A DNA stretch of 64,000 nucleotides from an uncultured Clostridia bacterium (GCA_964498995.1 CAZCIZ010000001.1:41479-105478); one strand, 5' to 3'. Positions 22,942 through 32,761 are shown, numbered from the stretch's first letter. Numbers and translations are program-made. Notes: generated from the letters alone by a model not told the origin.

Positions 22942-23089
22942 AGTGTTTCACCTCGTTTTTAGCTTCAAACCCATTTGAACCTATTATACCAGATATATAC
23001 ACCTATTACACCGATAAACTTCAATTAGCATGATTATTGTAAGTTTTTTTCATTATACCTAGATTTTAAACAACCTGTCAAACCTTATT

Positions 23090-24565
23090 CTATCCCAACT
23101 GTTCAAGTACATTTGTCAGCCTCTTTAACACCTTTTCTCTTCCAAGAAGATAAATCAGACTATCAAGTTCTGGGCCCTGCTTCCTCCCACTCACTGCAAT
23201 TCTAGTAGGCATAAAGAGTTTTTTGCCCTTTAAACCCAGGTTTTTACCGACATCTTTGATCACACCTTTAATGCTCTCTTTAGACCACTCATCCAACTCC
23301 TTAAATCCTGACACAAGTTCATCTACCAGTTCCCTGTTCGGTGATTCAACCAACTGATTTCTATCTTCTTCAATAAGTTCAATTTTCTCATCCATCAGAA
23401 TAGACATGTTTTCTGGAAATTCTGATAAGTATTCCAAGCTATCTTTAAAAAGATTTATCACTTCAATAAGCCATTCACGATTATCATCAATGGTATTCTC
23501 CTCCATCATCCCCGCTTCAATCACATAAGGTTTTAACAGCTCAAACAATCTCTCGTTTTCAGCCTCTTTGATATAATTTGAATTCATCCATTTTAGCTTT
23601 TCTACATCAAAGATAGCAGCGCTCTTTGCCACCCGATTTATATCAAAGATTTCTATCAGTTCATCAGGTGTAAAGAGTTCTTCCTCTCCTGGTGGAGACC
23701 AGCCTAGCAAAACCAAGAAGTTAACCATAGCTTCAGGTAAAAATCCCTTTTCCCTATATTCCCCTATAAAAGTCTCACCATGTCGCTTGCTCAATTTTGA
23801 CTTGTCAGGGCCTAAAATCAAAGATAGGTGACCATATTTAGGCATTTTCCAATCCAGGGCATCAAATATCATAACCTGCCTGGGAGTATTTGATAGGTGG
23901 TCTTCACCTCTCAAGACATGGGTTATTTTCATCAGGTAATCATCAACAGCACAGGCAAAGTTATAGGCAGGCATACCATCGCTTTTAATCAAGATAAAGT
24001 CACCGATTCCATCACTCTCAAATTCCACTTCACCTTTTACTATATCATTCACCACAAGCTTTTTGCCTGTAGGAACATCAAACCTGATCACACTTTTTTT
24101 GCCTTGTTGTTTTTCTTCATGGAGTTCTTCCTTGGTCATTTTTTTACACTTGCCTGTATAACGGGGAACTTCCCCCCTTTTTCGCTGGTCTTCCCTCATT
24201 TTTTCTAATCCTTCTTCTGTGCAAATACATTCATAAGCTTTACCTTGTTCGAGCAATTTACTTGCATAGTCAGTATAGATCTCTTTTCTTTCACTCTGCC
24301 TATAAGGTCCGTAATCTCCTCCAATTGCCGGTCCTTCGTCCCAATCAAGACCCAACCACTTTAACTCTTTAAAAATGGTATCTTCATGTTCTAGCTTTGA
24401 GCGAGTTATGTCAGTATCCTCTATTCTTAAGATATACCTACCCCCTGTGCTCCTTGCATAAAGCCAATTAAACAGAGCTGTCCTAATATTTCCAATATGT
24501 ATTGACCCAGTAGGGCTAGGCGCAAAACGCAGCCTTATTTCCTGATTATTGTCCTTAGTTTCCAA
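23090..24565 (-). CDS. gltX: Glutamate--tRNA ligase
   Basis: RFAPSPTGSIHIGN (HIGH) and KLSKR motifs. Start placed at TTG 24565, 9 nt after GGAGG; the ORF-track start at 24574 abuts the RBS. Confidence 0.94.
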   Translation of the reverse strand: METKDNNQEIRLRFAPSPTGSIHIGNIRTALFNWLYARSTGGRYILRIEDTDITRSKLEHEDTIFKELKWLGLDWDEGPAIGGDYGPYRQSERKEIYTDYASKLLEQGKAYECICTEEGLEKMREDQRKRGEVPRYTGKCKKMTKEELHEEKQQGKKSVIRFDVPTGKKLVVNDIVKGEVEFESDGIGDFILIKSDGMPAYNFACAVDDYLMKITHVLRGEDHLSNTPRQVMIFDALDWKMPKYGHLSLILGPDKSKLSKRHGETFIGEYREKGFLPEAMVNFLVLLGWSPPGEEELFTPDELIEIFDINRVAKSAAIFDVEKLKWMNSNYIKEAENERLFELLKPYVIEAGMMEENTIDDNREWLIEVINLFKDSLEYLSEFPENMSILMDEKIELIEEDRNQLVESPNRELVDELVSGFKELDEWSKESIKGVIKDVGKNLGLKGKKLFMPTRIAVSGRKQGPELDSLIYLLGREKVLKRLTNVLEQLG

Positions 24566-24614
24566 GTAAAACAACCTCCTCTGTCATATGTTTAAATCGT
24601 CCCTACATCATCCA

Positions 24615-24652
24615 AGTACCATTTATGGCAGTACCATTCATCCAGTACCATT
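24615..24652 (-). repeat. Three direct AATGGTACT repeats in the gltX 5' leader
   Basis: Plus strand has AGTACCATT at 24615, 24630 and 24644. They lie between the candidate promoter and the gltX RBS. Confidence 0.8.
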
Positions 24653-24668
24653 CATAATCATAAAAAAA

Positions 24669-24697
24669 ATTATAGCAGACCAAAGGTCCATTAACAA
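24669..24697 (-). promoter_or_regulatory. Candidate sigma-A promoter for gltX
   Basis: Minus strand reads TTGTTA - 17 nt - TATAAT. Confidence 0.5.
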
Positions 24698-24706
24698 CCA
24701 AATTTA

Positions 24707-25183
24707 TCATTTTTTAATATCCAGCAAAACTACAGCTTGAGCAATCATCCCTTCTTTGCGACCAACAAAGCCTAACCCTTCAAAGGTAGTAGCCTTTACA
24801 CTTATTTTTCCAAAGTCCACTCCAAGGGTCTGGGCAAGAGACCTTCTAATATCTTCAACAAAGGGGGCTATCTTTGGCCTTTGGGCCATTATAGTTGAGT
24901 CGATATTTATAATTCTGTACCCTTCTTTTAAAATCAACTCATGACAGTGATCTAAAAGGTCCAGGCTGCAGGCATCCTTATATGCCATATCATCAGGAGG
25001 AAAGTGTTTACCTATGTCACCTAAAGAAAGGCCACCCAACATAGCATCCATTACAGCATGAGTAAGTACATCCGCATCGGAATGGCCTTCTAAGCCTATA
25101 GTATCATCAATTTCAACCCCCCCTAAAATAAGAGGGGGGGTGTCTGAAAAGGAATGAACGTCTAATCCACTACCTATCCTCAT
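24707..25183 (-). CDS. ispF: 2-C-methyl-D-erythritol 2,4-cyclodiphosphate synthase
   Basis: 158 aa with MRIGSGLDVHSF and HSDADVLTHA motifs. Confidence 0.96.
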   Translation of the reverse strand: MRIGSGLDVHSFSDTPPLILGGVEIDDTIGLEGHSDADVLTHAVMDAMLGGLSLGDIGKHFPPDDMAYKDACSLDLLDHCHELILKEGYRIINIDSTIMAQRPKIAPFVEDIRRSLAQTLGVDFGKISVKATTFEGLGFVGRKEGMIAQAVVLLDIKK

Positions 25184-25943
25184 TCTTGTCTCTCCTTGTA
25201 AAAATATTTTCAGCCACTTTTATATCTTCAGGGGTTGTAACTTTCAAATTTTCGTAACTTGACTCGACTATTGCAGGAAAAGTTCCTAATCTTTCCACCA
25301 GGGAACTATCATCAGTGCCGGTATACCCTTCTTCAAAGGATTTTTCGTAAGCTCTTCTTATCAACCTTTTTTCAAACACCTGGGGAGTTTGGGCTGCCCA
25401 TAATAGATCCCTAGGAGGTGTATCTTTGATAAAAACTTCCCTCTCACCTTCTCTTCCCTGAACTCCTGCTTCTTCTGTCATCTTTATTGTATCTTTAACT
25501 GGGACTGCTGCAATGGCAGCGGTGTATTCCCGGCATTTATCCACCACTTTTTTAACCAATTCGGGGGTTACCAGGGGCCTAGCACCATCATGAATCAAAA
25601 TCTCGGAAGTTGTTTTTGCAGCTTCTTTTATCCCATTATAAACTGAAGCCTGCCTTGTAGAGCCTCCTGCTATAACTTTTATAGAGCCAAATCTTCTCTC
25701 GTCTCTATTTTTTTCATCTCTATATGGTAAAACAACTTCATTTAAGCACAACTCTTTTTCATTTTCATTAACTACCAGGATTATCTCTTTAATAAAAGAA
25801 AGGCGGGTAAATACCCGCCATGTATGAGTTAAAACAGGCTTTCTGCCTAATTTTAAAAATTGCTTGTTTATACCGGCTTTCATTCTCCTACCCTGACCTG
25901 CCGCAGGTATAATACATGTAACATCAAAATCATTATCAGTCAT
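25170..25943 (-). CDS. ispD: 2-C-methyl-D-erythritol 4-phosphate cytidylyltransferase
   Basis: 257 aa with IIPAAGQGRRM. Overlaps ispF by 14 nt. Confidence 0.93.
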   Translation of the reverse strand: MTDNDFDVTCIIPAAGQGRRMKAGINKQFLKLGRKPVLTHTWRVFTRLSFIKEIILVVNENEKELCLNEVVLPYRDEKNRDERRFGSIKVIAGGSTRQASVYNGIKEAAKTTSEILIHDGARPLVTPELVKKVVDKCREYTAAIAAVPVKDTIKMTEEAGVQGREGEREVFIKDTPPRDLLWAAQTPQVFEKRLIRRAYEKSFEEGYTGTDDSSLVERLGTFPAIVESSYENLKVTTPEDIKVAENIFTRRDKNEDR

Positions 25944-26092
25944 AAAGCCTCTCCCCTATATAATCAAATGATTAACACTACAGTGAAAATTGTTAATACT
26001 TGAAAATATAATTTGTAAATTTTGTCATATTGCTTGCCACCTACCAATCGCTCACAAAGATTTGCAAAAAGCGTCCAAATCAAAAGTTCGTG

Positions 26093-27232
26093 TTAGGCAT
26101 GGCTCTTATCTAGCTGGTATTTAGGCTTGGCAAAGATCATTCGCCCGGCCGCTGTCTGAAGTACGCTGGTCACCATCACTTCTAATTTTTCTCCTATATG
26201 CCTTTTGCCACCATCTACTACTATCATGGTACCATCATCTAGATATGCTACCCCCTGATCCACTTCTTTTCCGTCCTTAATAACTTTAACTGCCATTTCT
26301 TCTCCTGGAAGCACTACTGGTTTAACAGCATTTGCAAGCTCATTGATGTTTAATACCGGCACTCCCTGTAGTTGAGCCACTTTATTCAAATTATAGTCAT
26401 TGGTTACAACCCTTCCGCCTAATTCCTTAGCAAGTTTCACCAACTTACTGTCTACTTCCGTTTCGTCAACATCTCCATCATAAATCTCCACTTCTATATC
26501 CAGTTCTTTTTGTATTTTGTTCAATATATCCAAGCCTCTTCTGCCCCTGTTTCTTTTCAAAAGATCAGAAGAGTCGGCTATATGTCTTAACTCTTCAAGG
26601 ACAAAACCCGGTATAATCAGCGGCCCTTCCAAAAAACCAGTTTTACAAACATCACTTATCCTACCGTCTATTATCACCGAAGTATCGAGTACTTTTAAAA
26701 TCCTACCTTTGTATTTAGCAACAGAAAAAAATGACAAATCGTGATCATCCATGTCTTCATTCTCCCCCTGAGATGGTTTGTTCCTATTTGCCAGGCTAGA
26801 AAAGAAAACGCTGATATCGTCTTTGCGATTATATGATACGACTATCCCCAAATAACCCATCACCATGGTCACAATCAGCGCAAGATAAACCCCTATCCAG
26901 GGTACCCTAGAGATGGGTATGCTAAGCAGCACTCCCAGTATTAACCCTAATAGGAATCCCCCTGCCCCAATAATTATATCCAGAGTTGGAATCAGCTTCA
27001 TCTTTTTTTCCAACCAGCTTGATAGTTGAACTATATTGTTGATCAATATAGGAAAAAGAATATAAAATATAAGTCCACAAATTAAACCGCCAACAATAGA
27101 AGCTCCCAAAATACCAGCAGGGCCTATTTCCATTTCATTAACAATATTTATAGCTCCTATCACACTGAAAAGTTGAAACCCTGCTAAAACGGCAATAACA
27201 ACTGACACAATTTTTGTAATCTTTCTGAGCAA
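26093..27232 (-). CDS. yacL: PIN/TRAM-domain membrane protein (YacL family)
   Basis: Four N-terminal TM helices followed by PIN-like and TRAM-like regions. Conserved position upstream of ispD. Confidence 0.8.
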   Translation of the reverse strand: MLRKITKIVSVVIAVLAGFQLFSVIGAINIVNEMEIGPAGILGASIVGGLICGLIFYILFPILINNIVQLSSWLEKKMKLIPTLDIIIGAGGFLLGLILGVLLSIPISRVPWIGVYLALIVTMVMGYLGIVVSYNRKDDISVFFSSLANRNKPSQGENEDMDDHDLSFFSVAKYKGRILKVLDTSVIIDGRISDVCKTGFLEGPLIIPGFVLEELRHIADSSDLLKRNRGRRGLDILNKIQKELDIEVEIYDGDVDETEVDSKLVKLAKELGGRVVTNDYNLNKVAQLQGVPVLNINELANAVKPVVLPGEEMAVKVIKDGKEVDQGVAYLDDGTMIVVDGGKRHIGEKLEVMVTSVLQTAAGRMIFAKPKYQLDKSHA

Positions 27233-27357
27233 GCATCACACCTCCTTTCCTGCCTAAATTTATTAAGATTATTATATCTTATTTCACTCTTGTTTTTCAA
27301 TGATTATAAAGTCAAGAATGGTTTTTTGTTAAATTTAGGTTCTAGTACTATAATTTA

Positions 27358-27390
27358 CAAAAAAGACGCCAGATATTCATGACGTCTTTT
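27358..27390 (-). terminator. Intrinsic terminator overlapping the carD stop codon
   Basis: Minus strand reads AAAAGACG-loop-CGTCTTTTTTG. Confidence 0.65.
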
Positions 27391-27862
27391 CTAGGGCATT
27401 ATCAATATAGGAAATAATCTCTGCTTCATCTGTTTCTCCAGCCAGGATAAGTTCACTAATCATAATTTGCTTGGCTGTATCCAGTATCTTCTTTTCTCCT
27501 GTGGATAGTGCCTTCTCTTTTTCTCTAGACATCAAGCTCTTCACCACTTCTGCAACTTCATATATGTTACCACTTTTTATTTTTTCCATGTTAGCTTTAT
27601 AACGCTGGTTCCAATTTATTTCTGGGTTTATATTTTCTTCACCTAAGATTTTATAGACTTTCTTTACACCTTTCGGATCAATTATTTCCCTCAAACCCAC
27701 GCTTTTGATGTTTTCAGTTGGTATCATTACTGTTAAATTTCCAAAGGAAAGTCTCATAATATAGTACCTGTGTTTTTCGCCAAGAACTTCTTTTTCTTCT
27801 ATTGATTCAATGGTACCTGCACCGTGAACAGGATAAACGACCTTATCACCAATATCAAACAT
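27377..27862 (-). CDS. carD: CarD-family transcriptional regulator
   Basis: Start at MFDIGDKVVYPVHGAG (ATG 27862), preceded by AGGAGG. CarD/TRCF RNAP-interacting domain. Confidence 0.9.
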   Translation of the reverse strand: MFDIGDKVVYPVHGAGTIESIEEKEVLGEKHRYYIMRLSFGNLTVMIPTENIKSVGLREIIDPKGVKKVYKILGEENINPEINWNQRYKANMEKIKSGNIYEVAEVVKSLMSREKEKALSTGEKKILDTAKQIMISELILAGETDEAEIISYIDNALEKTS

Positions 27863-28135
27863 AAAAAAACCTCCTAAAAAACTATACAACTATACAATAA
27901 TATTACCACACCAAAAAACTTATGTCAAAATAAAACATAGTATCATCTATAAAGTAAATTGTCAATTATTTTATAAAAATTTTAATGACAACTTCATGTC
28001 ACTATCTATAAACTCTAGATAAAATTGTACCTGATGCAGGATTATATTTTTTTATGCAGAAATATGTCTAAAAGACTGCCGAAAAATAGAATTTGTATAC
28101 AGTAGATTGATTTTTTTCAGGGGAGGAATCAAGTA

Positions 28136-28984
28136 ATGAAAATAGGTATCATAGGAGGAGGTCGCGGAGGCAGAGCGTTAGTAGATCTTTTTTATAAAAT
28201 GGAAGGCATTGACATAAAATGGATAGCCGATATCGATGAAGAAGCAGTCGGTCTTAAACGGGCCGAGGAGCTAGGTATCCAAACTCACACTGATTTTACC
28301 AGCATGCTTTCAGGTGAGCTAGACCTGGTGATCGAAGTGACTGGAGTAGATAAAGTCAAAGAACTTTTAAATGAAAACTGCCCTGAAGGCGTAGAAATAG
28401 TAGGAGCAACAGGTGCCCAGCTATTAGTCCAAGTAGTAAATCAACAAGAAGAGTTGATAAAAAATTTAAATGAACAAGCTAGAACTTTAGCAGAAAATGC
28501 TGAAACTTTAAGCAGTACCATTCAGCAAATAAATACAACCATGGGAGAAGTTGCTTCAGGTGCAGAAAAGCTTGCGAATCTGGGGCAAGATTTGTCTGAA
28601 ACAGCAAATAATGCTCAAGAAACTGCCAGTAAAAGCAATGAAATTTTAGAACTTATACAAAAGATTGCAAATCAGACCAGAATTATTGGATTGAACGCTG
28701 CCATTGAAGCAGCAAGGGTTGGAGAAGCCGGAAGGGGTTTTGGTGTTGTTGCTACAGAAGTCAAAAAGTTAGCAGACAACAGCAGTACTTCCATCCAGGA
28801 AATCAACGATATAATAACACAGATAGTATCCTATATCGAGTCAATGCACAGAGGGATTCAAGAAACGGGAAATGTTTCTGAAAATCAAGCAGCTGCTACC
28901 CAACAAGTACTAGCATCTGTCCAGGAAATAGTAACCATTTCCAGCAATCTAACAGAGCTTGCAAATAATCTTTCAGAACAATAA
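28136..28984 (+). CDS. Soluble methyl-accepting-chemotaxis-type signalling protein with an N-terminal Rossmann-like domain
   Basis: The N-terminus MKIGIIGGGRGG is a dinucleotide-binding fingerprint. The C-terminus carries the MCP hairpin core IGLNAAIEAARVGEAGRGFGVVATEVKKLA. No TM segment. RBS GGGGAGG. Confidence 0.75.
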   Translation: MKIGIIGGGRGGRALVDLFYKMEGIDIKWIADIDEEAVGLKRAEELGIQTHTDFTSMLSGELDLVIEVTGVDKVKELLNENCPEGVEIVGATGAQLLVQVVNQQEELIKNLNEQARTLAENAETLSSTIQQINTTMGEVASGAEKLANLGQDLSETANNAQETASKSNEILELIQKIANQTRIIGLNAAIEAARVGEAGRGFGVVATEVKKLADNSSTSIQEINDIITQIVSYIESMHRGIQETGNVSENQAAATQQVLASVQEIVTISSNLTELANNLSEQ

Positions 28985-29078
28985 AGAAGGGTTTTGTCCT
29001 TTGACAAATTTTATCTTGTTAAAAATTTACCAAAATTTTATCATGACTGGTTTATTCATTGTAATTCCCTGCTCTTCG

Positions 29079-29108
29079 TTGACAAAGCAGGGAATTTGTC
29101 ATTATAAT
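29079..29108 (+). promoter_or_regulatory. Near-consensus sigma-A promoter embedded in the hairpin after the MCP-like gene
   Basis: TTGACA - 18 nt - TATAAT on the plus strand. It overlaps an 11-bp inverted repeat, AATTCCCTGCT/AGCAGGGAATT (29064-29097). Confidence 0.55.
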
Positions 29109-29256
29109 AAATATAAGTGGTTACTTTAACCTAGAGGGCTAATCTTAACATTTATCACAGCTTAGTTCACGTATTTACATGCAACAGTAAGAAATAGCAG
29201 AAATCAATGTTTACAAGAAATACATTATAAAATATGGAAAGTGTGGTGCAGACTTG

Positions 29257-29673
29257 ATGGAAGATAATTTCAGTTTTGAAGGTAAAACCGGCTATCAAAG
29301 CTTTCAAGAGAAGGTATCTGAACTTCTTATCAGGCACAAGAGTGTGTTAGACAGCCTGACAAAGTTTCAAGAATCAAACTCAAAGGTAAATCGTGCGGTA
29401 GTAAAATCTATTACTAATTGTGGCTGCTTAGAAGTCCATGCAAAAAAACAGGATGTTAATGATGAGGTGTCCATAAAAGAACTTCATAATTTCATGAATA
29501 CCCACCTAAGCGGCAGTATATGTGATAATTGCAAGGACGTTCTAGTACAAGAAATCGGTTCTCACTTATTCTACTTAGCTGCCCTTGCCAATACACTGGA
29601 AGTAGATTTAGATGAAGTTTTAAAAGAAGAGATGAATAAATTGTCCCTGCTGGGGTACTATAACTTAACTTAG
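29257..29673 (+). CDS. Hypothetical protein; C-terminal helices faintly MazG-like
   Basis: 138-aa ORF with CGC and CDNC cysteine pairs. The segment QEIGSHLFYLAALANTLEVDLDEV resembles a MazG-type helix. No confident family assignment. Confidence 0.4.
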   Translation: MEDNFSFEGKTGYQSFQEKVSELLIRHKSVLDSLTKFQESNSKVNRAVVKSITNCGCLEVHAKKQDVNDEVSIKELHNFMNTHLSGSICDNCKDVLVQEIGSHLFYLAALANTLEVDLDEVLKEEMNKLSLLGYYNLT

Positions 29674-29741
29674 GGGCCAAGAAGTTTATTCATAAAAATG
29701 GCTATTTTCACACCACAACCAGTAATGAAAATAACTGATTT

Positions 29742-30062
29742 ATTTCACTGCAGCAGTATATGGAGATAAGTTTTAAGTTTTTATTATTAATACATTACAT
29801 CTAGGCAGGTAAGGTACACGAAGTTTAATAAGTAAACTTTTTAGATCTTTGCTTAAATTGCTTGCTAAATACCATAAGCGAACTTTTGATTTGGACGATT
29901 TTGCAAATCCTTGTGAGCGTTGGTATTTAGCAAGCAATCTATCAATAAAACACAAGTATTTACGATTAAACTTCGTGTACCCGATTCTTAGATGTATTAA
30001 TAAAAACTTTTTAGTATCGGAATATACTGCTGCAGTGAAATAAAAGTGTTTTTTCTTACTAA
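29742..30062. mobile_element. MITE-like nested palindromic element, complete copy
   Basis: 20-bp terminal inverted repeats ATTTCACTGCAGCAGTATAT (29742-29761 / 30022-30041). Inner perfect stems of 17 bp (29813-29829 / 29965-29981) and 18 bp (29857-29874 / 29921-29938). A second copy lies at 35383-35633. Confidence 0.7.
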
Positions 30063-30070
30063 GACAATTC

Positions 30071-31156
30071 TTAAATATACCTATCTATCAAAGCCTGTTC
30101 TCTTATCCGCTTCATACCTTCTTTAATGGCATTAGCCCTAACTTTCCCGATACCTTCAACCTTGTCAAGTTCATCCACCGTCGCTTCTCTAATTCCCTTC
30201 AAGTCTTTATATGTAGCTATAACATTTTCTATGACAGACATGGGTAGCCTGGGAATTTTATTTAAAATCCTGTACCCCCTGGTGGTTAATTTTTCATCCA
30301 GGATATTTACACTTTTGGGATAACCTAGGATTTCGCATATTTTTTCCATATCCATTAATTCATCGGCATCTAGGGCGGCGATTTTTTTCTTAACCTTCTG
30401 CGGGTCATTATTGGTATTTCGATAGTAATCCTTAATCAGTAGATATTCTTCAGCAAAAACATTTATTATCAGCTCTTCCAATTGCATTTTGACCAGTCGA
30501 CCTTCTGTTCCAAGTTCTGTAATGTATCTTTCGATTTCATTTACTATCCGGGTGACCATCTCGCTCCTCTGAAGAGCCTTAACCACATCCTGAAATGAAA
30601 CTGCCTCTTCAAATTCTAGGGCTGTAAGGTTGATCAGGTTCTGCTCCAGGACAGCTTTATATTTCTCAAGGGTTTCAACAGCCTGGTTAGCTTTGGTTAG
30701 TATCATACTTATATCGTTTAGAGGATATTTTAAATTATTATGATAAATGGTAATAATATTACGCCTTTGGGAGATTGCTATAACCCTTTCCCCAGTCTGC
30801 TTAGCAATTCTTTCAGCCGTTCTATGCCTGATTCCCGTTTCCCTGGAAATGATGGATTGAGAGGGATTCAGATGGGCATTTGCATATATAATTTTTTTGG
30901 TGTCATGGCTCAAGATTATTCCCCCGTCCATTTTAGATAGCTCGTACAAACTGGCAGGGGTAAAATCAATGTCAACTTTGAACCCTCCTGTAATAAATTT
31001 TTTTATAGAGTCGCTAAAACCAAGTACCAACAAGCCACCAGTAGTTCCGTTTACTATTGCCTCAAGACCTTCCCTCAACTGGGTCCCTGGAGCTGCCATT
31101 GCCAGGGTTTCCAAAAATTCTTTTTCTTTTTTCCCCTCTAAATTTCTCTCTATCAT
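30071..31156 (-). CDS. disA: DNA integrity scanning protein DisA (diadenylate cyclase)
   Basis: 361 aa with a DAC domain and a C-terminal HhH. Lies downstream of radA, as in Bacillus. Confidence 0.94.
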   Translation of the reverse strand: MIERNLEGKKEKEFLETLAMAAPGTQLREGLEAIVNGTTGGLLVLGFSDSIKKFITGGFKVDIDFTPASLYELSKMDGGIILSHDTKKIIYANAHLNPSQSIISRETGIRHRTAERIAKQTGERVIAISQRRNIITIYHNNLKYPLNDISMILTKANQAVETLEKYKAVLEQNLINLTALEFEEAVSFQDVVKALQRSEMVTRIVNEIERYITELGTEGRLVKMQLEELIINVFAEEYLLIKDYYRNTNNDPQKVKKKIAALDADELMDMEKICEILGYPKSVNILDEKLTTRGYRILNKIPRLPMSVIENVIATYKDLKGIREATVDELDKVEGIGKVRANAIKEGMKRIREQALIDRYI

Positions 31157-31196
31157 TCTTACTTACACCTACCTTTTATTATACTATAGAATAACA

Positions 31197-32543
31197 TCAT
31201 CCAATGGATACTGATAGAGCTTCTTTCAAATTATTGACCTGAACTACTTCCATGCCTTCATTTTCTTTAATGATTCCCCTGGGGACAAGTGCAGTATCAT
31301 AGCCCAGCTTTTTTGCCTCCTTCAATCTCTGGTCGATATTGGTAACATTTCTTATTTCACCAGTAAGCCCGACTTCCCCAAATACTATTAAACTTTTATC
31401 AATAGGTTTGTTTTTATAGCTTGATACCAGGCTAAGAGCCACGGCAAGATCTACAGCTGGCTCCTTTATCTTTAACCCCCCCACAATATTTACAAATACA
31501 TCATAATACCCCAAAGACAAGTTTAAACGTTTTTCCAGGACTGCTATTATAAGTAGAACCCTTTGATAATCCACCCCGGTGGTCATACGCCTGGGCGAAG
31601 TAAAATTAGTCTCCCCGGTAAGGGATTGAACCTCTAATAATACAGGTCTTGTTCCTTCCATACAGGCAGTGACACATGAGCCTGGACGTTCACCTAGTTT
31701 TTCTTTTAAAAAAAATTTTGAAGGGTTATTGACTTCTTTGAGACCTCTCTGGCCCATTTCAAATACTCCTATTTCAGTTGCACCAAACCTGTTTTTACTA
31801 CTTCTCAATATTCTATATGAGTACTGATTTTCCCCTTCCAACCACAGGACTGTATCAACCATATGTTCTAAGACTTTTGGGCCTGCTATTTCCCCATCTT
31901 TTGTAACATGTCCAATGATAAAGCAGGCAATTTCGTTATCCTTGGTAAATCTTACTAACCTAGAGGAGCTTTCTTTAACCTGTTTTAAACTTCCAGGCAA
32001 AGAATTTATTTGAGGAAAATAGATGGTTTGGATGGAATCAATTATAACCAGTTTAGGTGCTAGTTCCACTAGTTCAGCTTTTATTTTATCCCAATTGGTT
32101 TCACATGAAATATAGATATTTGAATGGAGGGTGCCAAGACGACTGCATCTATCATGAATTTGGGGAGGAGATTCCTCTCCACTTAAATAATATATGGGAA
32201 AAAAATTATCTGCAAGGCTAAAAGCTATTTGGAGCATGAGGGTGCTTTTTCCAGTACCAGGATCTCCACCCAATAGAATCGACGCCCCAGGAAAAACACC
32301 TCCACCAAGAACCCTATCGATTTCTTCGATCCCGCTTTTGACCCTATCCTGTTTCTCATGTTTTAGCTCTGTCACTGGCATGGGCTCTGCAAGTGGGTTT
32401 TTATCATCAAATGAAACTTGATTTTTATTTTGTGTTTTTTTGTCAACGGCCTTCTCTTCCATGGTATTCCATCGATTACAATCTGGACACTTTCCCATCC
32501 ACTTAGGTGTCAAATATCCACAATTGCTGCAGCAGAAAATCAT
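31197..32543 (-). CDS. radA: DNA repair protein RadA
   Basis: Start at MIFCCSNCGY (zinc finger), 5 nt after GGGGGA. Walker A GDPGTGKST, a KNRFG motif and a Lon-like C-terminal domain. Confidence 0.96.
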   Translation of the reverse strand: MIFCCSNCGYLTPKWMGKCPDCNRWNTMEEKAVDKKTQNKNQVSFDDKNPLAEPMPVTELKHEKQDRVKSGIEEIDRVLGGGVFPGASILLGGDPGTGKSTLMLQIAFSLADNFFPIYYLSGEESPPQIHDRCSRLGTLHSNIYISCETNWDKIKAELVELAPKLVIIDSIQTIYFPQINSLPGSLKQVKESSSRLVRFTKDNEIACFIIGHVTKDGEIAGPKVLEHMVDTVLWLEGENQYSYRILRSSKNRFGATEIGVFEMGQRGLKEVNNPSKFFLKEKLGERPGSCVTACMEGTRPVLLEVQSLTGETNFTSPRRMTTGVDYQRVLLIIAVLEKRLNLSLGYYDVFVNIVGGLKIKEPAVDLAVALSLVSSYKNKPIDKSLIVFGEVGLTGEIRNVTNIDQRLKEAKKLGYDTALVPRGIIKENEGMEVVQVNNLKEALSVSIG

Positions 32544-32599
32544 CTTGTCCCCCATATATCGTACCCCCCTATAATAATTATAACACCAAATCGACAAAT

Positions 32600-32640
32600 A
32601 ATAAAATAAAGCGGCGACTTAATAAACAAGTCACCGCTTT
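32600..32640 (-). terminator. Intrinsic terminator after the SASP gene
   Basis: 13-bp stem (one mismatch), AAAGCGGCGACTT/AAGTCACCGCTTT, followed by a U-rich tract on the minus strand. Confidence 0.65.
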
Positions 32641-32761
32641 AGAATGGAAGACAAGTGTTAGGTTTTAGATTTAAGGGAGAGGAGCCTTGCCTTCATCAAT
32701 TAATATACCCACTTTTGTTGAAATTATTCATTTAAACTTATTTGGTTTTTAGTTTCAGTTT

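Noticed and set aside
22942-23089. Possible T-box or other riboswitch leaders upstream of cysS and gltX (24575-24706).
   Set aside because: The leaders are only about 130-150 nt. They lack the conserved T-box sequence (AATTAGGGTGGTACCGCG-like) and have no terminator/antiterminator pair.
29773-30043. 60-aa (minus) and 64-aa (plus) ORFs inside the palindromic element.
   Set aside because: Both strands give similar peptides (LLAKY..., WYLASNLS) simply because the DNA is a palindrome. Neither has an RBS, and the second copy of the element does not preserve the frames.
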